Shown here one piece after another: positions 55,620 to 64,000 of a stretch of 64,000 nt of DNA. Below the pieces are notes generated by a model. It was given only the letters and a program-made list of their open reading frames with translations, ran no database searches and was not told the origin of the DNA. Position 1 is the first letter of the stretch. Each line of letters begins with the position of its first letter. The stretch lies in contig OX597833.1 in the NCBI GenBank assembly GCA_951406725.2, positions 5,766,001-5,830,000 of the forward strand, written 5' to 3'. The position numbers were made by a program, and so were the translations under genes. This DNA comes from Octopus vulgaris (Eukaryota).

Positions 55620-56560
55620 TTACACTGTCTATTTTATTGTTTTCTGTAATTCCGAGTTGTAATTATTTTTATAATTCCGATTTGTAATTATTTTAATTTT
55701 AATATCATTATCTGGCATAATATTAGAGATCTTGATTCGATCTTCCTTTCTTCAAGATCATATTTTCTTGTCACCTTTTTTTCTTTCTAGTCAGAATCTT
55801 ATATTAACTCCTAAAGTAAATCCATGTACTGTCTGTTGCAGTGTTTCTAGTTATTTATCAGCAGCTGCATACACCTTCTAGTCATCCGTACACAAAAGGC
55901 AGTAAGTATTCTACTAGAGCACTATTAAAAGCTCTATATAATTCTCTTCCATCTCCTCCGACAATCTTTAGTATGTTTTTTATGACCAGTAATTAAACCC
56001 AACAGACATATGAAACTGTGTAGCATTTCTTTTGCTTCCTTGGGAATATTATTTCTAAATGTTCAATTAAACTTTTATGATGCTATTTCAGTTAAGGTTT
56101 TGTAAACTAGAAAGAAAGTCTATTATTTTGTAGTTTTAGTTTTTGCCGTTTCTTTGGTTTGTTTCCTTCTCAGGAAACCCATCTGCTTCTGGTTCCTGCC
56201 CTTTCTCTGTCTAAACATATCTGTCAGAGACTCATATGTCCCTGATAAATATTTTAGGCTTTTTCGTCTGTCGCTATTTGGTCTCACACAATTTAACCGT
56301 TCGTTGCTTTGAACAATTTCATCTGCAGTGGTTCTTTCGCTGCTCATATTACCAACGTAATTCTTCTGCTTCTCTGACTGTTGATGCTGCAACGGTTTCT
56401 TACAAAATTCTTGGATTGGAATCAAACAGATCTGTTAAAATGACTGTTTGTGCTTTTATTACTTTAAACTTATTTGTGAATTAGTAAGGAACTTTTGATT
56501 CAAGGATTTCCACCTTAACGTTTTTATGTTCCTTATTACCAATTTCGGAATTACTTATTT
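55620..56560 (-). pseudogene. Degenerate R4/Dong-clade reverse transcriptase relic
   Basis: Minus strand LLCTDD*KVYAAADK*LETLQQTVHGFTLGVNIRF*LE (CTDD at 55881-55892) matches the LLYMDDLKLYA...MxFGLEKC pattern, with an upstream QG motif; boundaries approximate. Confidence 0.7.
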
Positions 56561-56789
56561 CTAAATATTTTTCTGGAGCAGGCGTGGCTGTGAGGAAGAA
56601 TGTAGCTTGCTTTCAAACCACATAGTTTCGGGTTCAGTCCAACTGTGTGGCTCCTTGGGCAAGTGTCTTCTATTATAGCTTCGTGAGTGGATTTGGTAGA
56701 CGGAAACTGAAAGAAGCCTGACGTATTGACATATATGTGTGTATGTGTGTGTGTGTGTCTGTGTGTGTATCTGCGCCTGTGTGTGTATC

Positions 56790-57065
56790 TGCGTGCGTAT
56801 CGGCGTGTCTCTGTCTGTGTGTGTATCTGCGTGTGTGTGTGTATCTATGTGTCTTTGTCCGGGAGAAGGTATGTCTGTTGTCCGGGAGAAGGTGTGTAGT
56901 CGATTGAATGAACTCCCGTTTATGTGTGTGTATCTGCGTGCGTATCGGCGTGTCTGTGTCGTGTGTGTATCTGCGTGTATGTGTGTATCTGTGTGTCTGT
57001 GTCCGGGAGAAGGTGTGTCGGTTGTCCGGGAGAAGGTGTATAGTCGATTGAATGGACCCCTGTTT
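56790..57065. repeat. 144-bp tandem duplication with internal 23-bp repeat
   Basis: gtccgggagaagg at 56857, 56880, 57001 and 57024. Confidence 0.85.
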
Positions 57066-57451
57066 AAGGGGCTTAGCTATATCGATCTGAGCGAGGAGGG
57101 AAGGGCAATGCGTGCGTCACCAGCATCTCTACACAGAGACAACGTGTTCTATGACATCAAAGATGAAGCTACAAAATATATTCTGATCCAGTTCTCCATA
57201 ATCTGATTCCGTTCCAGCGCCGTCAAACGCTCGAATAATCCTCATTCATCAATCAGTATCGCTTGGATTAATGCGGATTAGGTTTTCATCAAAGAAACAT
57301 CAATTAATTTGCTCATCGGTGACTGAAACATGAGAGCGCTGTGTTGTTGATGACGTACCTGTGACGTCATAACACAGGTAACTAAACATATAAACAAATA
57401 ATTGGCGGTTTAGATTGTCAAATTTATTTATCAGCATATTAAAGTGCATCT

Positions 57452-57495
<44 letters not shown>

Positions 57496-57569
57496 ACACA
57501 CGCACACACACACATCACACGTATATGAATGTATGTATCTGAGTAGGTTTGTATGTGTGTGTGTATATG

Positions 57570-57625
<56 letters not shown>

Positions 57626-57665
57626 CATATACACACACATACAAGCATATATATATATATATATA

Positions 57666-57833
57666 TTATATAAAATCCGTTCTGTCTGTCTGTGTGTCTT
57701 CTAGGATCTCGGGCATCCTCCATCCGATTGCGCTCAAATTTGATATGTAGATACCGACGGTATCAGGGCGTGTATAATTCTTGAGAAAATTACAAAAATC
57801 GATTCCAGGTGAGAATGCGACCGATAAAGCTAG
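57666..57833 (+). mobile_element. Short Helitron-like element (second family)
   Basis: tatataaaa-(gtct)n start, ccgattgcgctcaaatttg motif and CTAG|T end; no clear 3' hairpin. Confidence 0.45.
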
Positions 57834-58230
57834 TTTTGTCCTGCTTTTCTTCCGTCAACCTGTACATAACTGCACCTTCTATTTTTTGTTGTTTTTGTAC
57901 TACTTAAAGGCACGTTTCTTTCCTGCCAAGCTTACTGTTTAAACCATGTTTGTGTTCTCCCAGTCAACAGCCCTATCATTACTCGTACTTTAAACTCTTC
58001 GGCTGCATATTTGTGCGAATAAAATCGTTTTTCCTTGGAATAGAAAAAAAGTCTATCTTTATTTCTTCTTTTGCTGGTGTCTCAAATTTAGGTTAAATCA
58101 GTGTTTCTCAAAGGGGAGTCCTAAGGGACGGTCGGACAAGTTGTTTTGAGAAAATTTGGTTTAAATGTTTGACAACTCAGCACCGTCCATTGGACGGGGG
58201 GCGTTTTTCTCGTATTATTATATAAATATG

Positions 58231-58286
<56 letters not shown>

Positions 58287-58287
<1 letters not shown>

Positions 58288-58390
58288 GAGGATGGACTGA
58301 AAAGTTCATAGGCTGACTATGAAGGAGTGATACTAGATCTGTGAAATCCTGCATGCGTGAATTGCAACCCTTCTTATCAATAACTGATTT
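58287..58390 (+). mobile_element. Mariner-type terminus interrupted by the fold-back element
   Basis: TA|tgaggatggactgaaaagttcataggct resembles mariner TIRs (compare 18176). Confidence 0.5.
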
Positions 58391-58770
58391 TGAAAATTAC
58401 TATTTGTAAATCTCACAACGAGAGATATTCAGCAATAGTACTTTGTAGTAAAGATTATTTGCCAACATAACATGGCAGTCCTGGTTTAGGATGAATGTTG
58501 CTGTAATATATATTTCGAACGGGAATTTGGCAGCGCCATCTCTTGCCGAACAATTATTCTGTGCTGATGAAGGGAAATAACCTGGAAATCGCGATACACA
58601 GATATTGTTTTGAGCTGAGTGGGGGTACTATATTTCCTTGTTCGAAAATATAAGGACATAGATCATGTCGTAGAGCCAGCTGGAGACGATGTCTCCTGGG
58701 GCTAAATTACAGTAACATTCGTCCTAAACCAGGACTGCTATGTTATGTTGGCAAACAATCTTTACTACAA
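58391..58770 (+). mobile_element. TSD-flanked rod-like fold-back element capped by a hammerhead
   Basis: caataactgattt at 58378-58390 and 58768-58780; 65-bp inverted repeat 58443-58507/58706-58770 (4 mismatches); further inner inverted segments lead into HHR stem I. Confidence 0.85.
58558..58602 (+). ncRNA. Type I hammerhead ribozyme
   Basis: tctgtg CTGATGA a ggg aaataa cct g GAAA tcgcga TA cacaga; palindromic stem III ATCGCGAT; predicted cleavage after 58596. Confidence 0.82.
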
Positions 58771-58880
58771 TAACTGATTTGTTTCTTATTTCTTTATTGC
58801 TCACAAATGGTTAAACATAGAGGGGACAAACAAGGACAGACAAAGGGATTAAGTCGATTACATCGACCCTAGTGCATAAC

Positions 58881-59147
<267 letters not shown>

Positions 59148-59154
59148 CAGACAG

Positions 59155-59232
<78 letters not shown>

Positions 59233-59316
59233 CATTCACACACATATGTATGCACACATATATTGTTGTGAATATCTGCATGTACGTATGTATAGAAAAG
59301 CAAAACAGGAGTGAGT

Positions 59317-59374
59317 GTTCATTAATAATTAATTAGTTACGTCACATGACGTAACTAAATAATAATTAATGAAC
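59317..59374. repeat. Near-perfect palindrome with 28-bp arms
   Basis: gttcattaataattaattagttacgtca-ca-tgacgtaactaaataataattaatgaac. Confidence 0.9.
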
Positions 59375-60625
59375 CAATCTCCGTCTCATTGTTTTCGCCG
59401 TTTCTCTCTGCACTCAATGATCTTTCGAAGTATGGCGGCGACCAGTGAAACGAAACTTCGACTCCAACACAAACAAGTTCTCAATTTTTTGTTTTTTACC
59501 TTCGATACATAAAAGTGCAGAAGGAATTTTAAAGAGCGGCTCTCTACGTCACGCCATAGAAAGTTAAATATATAAAGCAGGCTATGTAATTACATATCTC
59601 TGCCTATCGATCCTTGTGTATGTATGTGTGTATGTATGTATGTATGTATGTATGTATGTATGTATGTACGTACGTATGTATGTATGTATGTATGTGTGTA
59701 TGTATGTATGTGTGTATGTATGTATGTGTGTATGTATGTATGTGTGTATGTATGTATGTATGTATGTATGTATGTATGTATGTATGTATGTATGTACGTA
59801 CGTATGTATGTATGTATGTGTGTATGTATGTATGTGTGTATGTATGTATGTGTGTATGTATGTATGTATGTATGTATGTATGTATGTATGTACGTACGTA
59901 CGTATGTATGTATGTATGTATGTGTGTATGTATGTATGTGTGTATGTATGTATGTGTGTATGTATGTATGTGTGTATGTATGTATGTATGTATGTATGTA
60001 TGTATGTATGTGTGTATGTAGGTAGGTAGGTATGTATGTATGTGTGTATGCATGCATGTATGTATGTGTGTATGTATGTATGTGTGTATGTATGTATGTA
60101 TATATGTGTGTATGTCTGTATGTATGTATATATGTATGTATGTGTGTTTGTATGTATGCATGTGTGTTTGTATGTATGTATGTACGTATGTATGTATGTA
60201 TGTAGTAGGTATTTGTGTATGTATGTATGAATGTATGTATGTATGTATGTATGTATGTATGTATGTATGTATGTGTGTATGTATGTATGTATGTGTGTAT
60301 GTATGTATGTGTATGTATGTATGTATGTGTGTGTGTATGTATGTACGTATGTATGTGTATGTATGTATGTATATATGCATGTATGTATGTTTGTATGCAT
60401 GTATGTATGTGTGTGTGTATGCATGTATGTATGTGTGTGTGTATGTATGTATGTATGTATGTATGTATGTATGTATGTATGTATGTAGGTAGGTATGTAT
60501 GTATGTATGTATGTACGTATGTATGTATGCATGTATGTATGTATGTATGTATGTATATATGTGTGTATGTCTGTATGTATGTATTGTATGTATGTGTGTG
60601 TGTATCTGTCTGTCTGTCTGTCTAC

Positions 60626-60688
<63 letters not shown>

Positions 60689-60832
60689 CCTAGCTAGCTA
60701 GCTAGCTAGCTATCTGTCTCTCTGTCTGTCTGTTTGTCTGTCTGTCTGTTTGTCTATCTGTCTGTCTCTCTCTCTCTCACTCTCTATCTATCTATCTATG
60801 CATGTATGTATGTATGTATGTACGTATGTATT

Positions 60833-60888
<56 letters not shown>

Positions 60889-60889
<1 letters not shown>

Positions 60890-62175
60890 GAGGGACTTCA
60901 ATAAGTAATGCCCATGGCCCACTTGCATTTGTTTGGTCTAGCTGAAATTTTGCATGTGCAATTATGTCTGTCTCTATAGATTACGTGGCAAATTACAGCT
61001 CTGAACTAATTGTGGTTTCTGATTTACAGGTGTTTGAACTGAGTCAAGTGTGAAATGGAGCCTGTTGAGTGTCGAGCAGTGATCCGGTTTTTGTATTTGA
61101 AAGGACGCACACCACAGGAGACGTTTGATGAAATGAAAGTAACTTATGGTGATGATGCCCCATCATATGACCTTGTAAAACGCTGGCATCGTGAATTCAA
61201 ACATGGTCGGAACTCTGTGGAAACAGCTCCCAGATCTGGTCGCCCCACTTCTACCATTGATGAAGCACCTGTCCGTCAAGTTGAGGCTGCCATTTTGGAG
61301 GATCGACGCATAACTATTCGCCAAATAGCCCATGAGGTCAAGATTAGTACCGGGTCTGTGGAAACTATCATTCATGACCATTTGCATATGCAAAAGGTGT
61401 CTGCCAGATGGATTCCCAGGTTGCTCACACCTTTCCAGAAGCAAGAACGCGTCGAGTGCTCGAGGATGAATTTGGAGATGTGCCAAGAAGATGAGTCAAA
61501 ATTTTTCAAAAGTCATTACACAGTATGAAACCTGGTTCCATCACTATGATTCAGAGACCAAAGCCCAGTCAATGCAGTGGAAGCACCGTGTCTCAACTCC
61601 TCCAAAGAAGGCAAGGGTGCATCCCTCCGCTGGCAAGGTCATGCTCACAGTCTTCTGGGACCAGGACGGAGTAGTGATGACAGATTTCCTGGCAAAGGGT
61701 ACCACAATTACAGGGGCCGATTATGCTTCACTGTTGAGGAAATTAAGAGAAGTTATCAAAATCAAGAGGTGGGGCAAGATCAGCAAAGGCATCCTCCTCC
61801 TGCAGGACAACGCTCCGGTCCACAACTCGCGTGTCACCGGATCAGAAGCACAGGCGTGCGGCTATGAACTCCTCCCCAATCCCTACTCTCCTGACCTTGC
61901 ACCCTCTGATTTTCACCTCTTCCCAATCATGAAGTTGTTTTTGAAAGGAAAGCGTTTCCCAGATGATGCAGCCTTGATTTCTGAAGTCACGTCGTGGTTG
62001 AAGGACCAAGCTGGGGTCTTCTATAAAAACGGTCTCCAGAGCTGCATCAAACGATGGGAGAAATGCGTAACTCTGGGTGGTTCCTATGTAAAAAAAGACT
62101 AATAACTGTGCCAAGTTTTGTTGCTCTACTGCTATGGGAAGTGGGTCAGGGGCATTACTTATTGAACGCCCCTCG
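60889..62175 (+). mobile_element. Near-complete mariner transposon (1287 bp, irritans/Himar1-like)
   Basis: TA-flanked TIRs cgaggg..ttcaataagtaatgccc / gggcattacttattgaa..ccctcg; inserted in (TA)n. Confidence 0.95.
61055..62102 (+). pseudogene. Mariner transposase, inactivated
   Basis: MEPVECRAVIRFL, WIPRLL, SAGKVM, QDNAPVH and YSPDLAPSD; one frameshift near 61505, first catalytic D changed to Y (ITQYETW), D33D spacing. Confidence 0.93.
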
Positions 62176-62247
62176 TATATATATATATATATCAAGCGAT
62201 GTACAGCTCCGTAGGCTTCTTATAGAACCCTACACCTGGGTTATATA

Positions 62248-62961
62248 CAGGGGGAGAGTCAAAAATTATCCGCACTCTAATTTTTTCAATGTATTTACAC
62301 AAAAACAGAGTATAACCAAGTACATCATTTTTCTGTATAGTATCCTTCCTTTTCGATGCACTTGGTCCAGGGGTCCACAAGTTTGCGTATTCCCTCCAAG
62401 AAGAAGGTTTTCGGTAGGTCGTGCAAGTATTTATGAACCGTTTCCTTCACATCTTCATCCGCAGGAAATCGATGCACTTAGTAAATCATCTTTGAACGGT
62501 CCAAAGATATGATGGTCGGAAGGAGCGAGATCTGGGTTGTAAGCAGTGTTCCAGCACCTCATCATCTAATTGCTTAATGGTTTCAAAGGTCTGGGTGGCC
62601 GTGTGTGGGCGTGCATTATCATGCAACAATAAAACTTTCTTCAACAATTGGCTTCAGAGTTTGGTGCGAATTGTTGGCTTCGGTTTATTGGCCAACGAAG
62701 CTCAGTATCTTGCTCTGTTGATTCTGCAACCGTTTTCCAGAGAAACCGGATCACTGCTCTTTATTCTTCTTTGGTGCACATTGCTAGTGGAGCGACCATG
62801 TTTACACTGTAAAGCCAGAAAGAAAAATGGCGCGATCAGGCTCAGACTTCGATTACGTGACCACAATAGTACCAACTATGCGCACGCATGTGCAGAAGGC
62901 AGTGTGACAATAAAAACGATATGCTATGGCAAAAGTGCGGATACTTTTTGACTTTCCCTCG
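62248..62961 (-). mobile_element. Internally deleted mariner of another family
   Basis: TIRs agtcaaaaattatccgcact / agtgcggatactttttgact; minus strand LHDNARPHTA..PDLAPSD..FGP..WTKCIE. Confidence 0.85.
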
Positions 62962-62975
62962 TATATACATAGACA

Positions 62976-63109
<134 letters not shown>

Positions 63110-63122
63110 CCATATATATAAA

Positions 63123-63373
63123 TAAATGAAAGAATGGAGTTGAACGACGATTTAACAAAATTCCTTTATTCTCGACATATGTTTCGAAGGCTGCATATTC
63201 CTAATTCCGAAGGAATAAGGAGTACATTATGCAGATTTCTCATGAGGAAAATCAAGGAACTTATGTCAGCATCAAGATGAACAAAAACTCTTAGATGACT
63301 GCCCACACGGAGCCCATTGCTACCCAGGTATCGGTTAACCGAATTATCCATACTAAGATAATTCATTCAACTA

Positions 63374-63376
<3 letters not shown>
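63123..63376 (-). mobile_element. Short HHR-bearing element in (TA)n (copy 2), core G5C mutant
   Basis: Matches 23804-24001; core reads CTCATGA (63240-63246); short imperfect inverted ends gagttgaacga / tcattcaacta. Confidence 0.85.
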
Positions 63377-63465
<89 letters not shown>

Positions 63466-64000
63466 CAAGGACATGGCAGAAGTAAATAGATACCCCATAA
63501 AACATCGTTTTATGTTTATTCTAACTTGTTAAAGTTTATATTTTCTAATAATGGACATTTTTATGTTTCAGATTCTATATGTGACTGTTTAATCATGCCA
63601 TGTACAAAAGAAACCTTGGAACTGTCTGAATTTCGAAGAGGCCGAATTGTGGGTCATTCTGAAGGTGGACATAGTCAGTATGAAATCGCAGAAAACCTTG
63701 GGATCCTGCCTTCTGCAGTTAATACAGAGATTGTGCAATTCACCAGAGAATGGAAGGAGTCCACAGCACCTTGCCCAGATCAACCAGAGCCATCTGACAG
63801 GACCCTTCTCTTTGCTGAGAGAAGTGCGGAGGATAATACTCGTTGCAAGACCTCTGACATAGCAGAACACGTTGAAGATATCGGTCTTAGAACAGCTGTC
63901 AGGTATCTTCACAAACTTGGTTACTATGGCAGAGCAGCAAGAAGGAAGCCACTTCTTCGTCCATCCAATATCAAGCAGAGAAAAGATTGAGCAAGTGAGA
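63466..64000 (+). mobile_element. Tc1-family element, 5' part (runs off the window)
   Basis: TA|CA start after (TA)n; [50 protein letters not shown] is the Tc1 paired-like HTH region; stop at 63990. Confidence 0.85.

Overview
Eukaryotic, AT-rich, extremely microsatellite-dense non-coding DNA. The SINE families and repeat style strongly suggest a coleoid cephalopod, most likely Octopus; this is inference, not verified by search. I recognise no host protein-coding exon, and most listed ORFs are microsatellite artefacts. The window is a mosaic of tRNA-derived SINEs (at least four modular families), Tc1/mariner elements (one near-complete 1287-bp mariner), non-autonomous Helitrons and R4/Dong-clade and RTE-like LINE relics. 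The main hidden signal is a dense set of type I hammerhead ribozyme (HHR) motifs: 5 with intact cores and about 8 mutated or truncated. They sit in short non-coding elements with palindromic stem III, elongated stem I/II and 3' ends usually abutting (TA)n/(CA)n, and two are fold-back elements with TSDs. This fits a diversified population of non-autonomous Penelope-like/retrozyme-like elements. A second highlight is a TSD-flanked chimeric retrocopy of 5.8S rRNA fused to a SINE.
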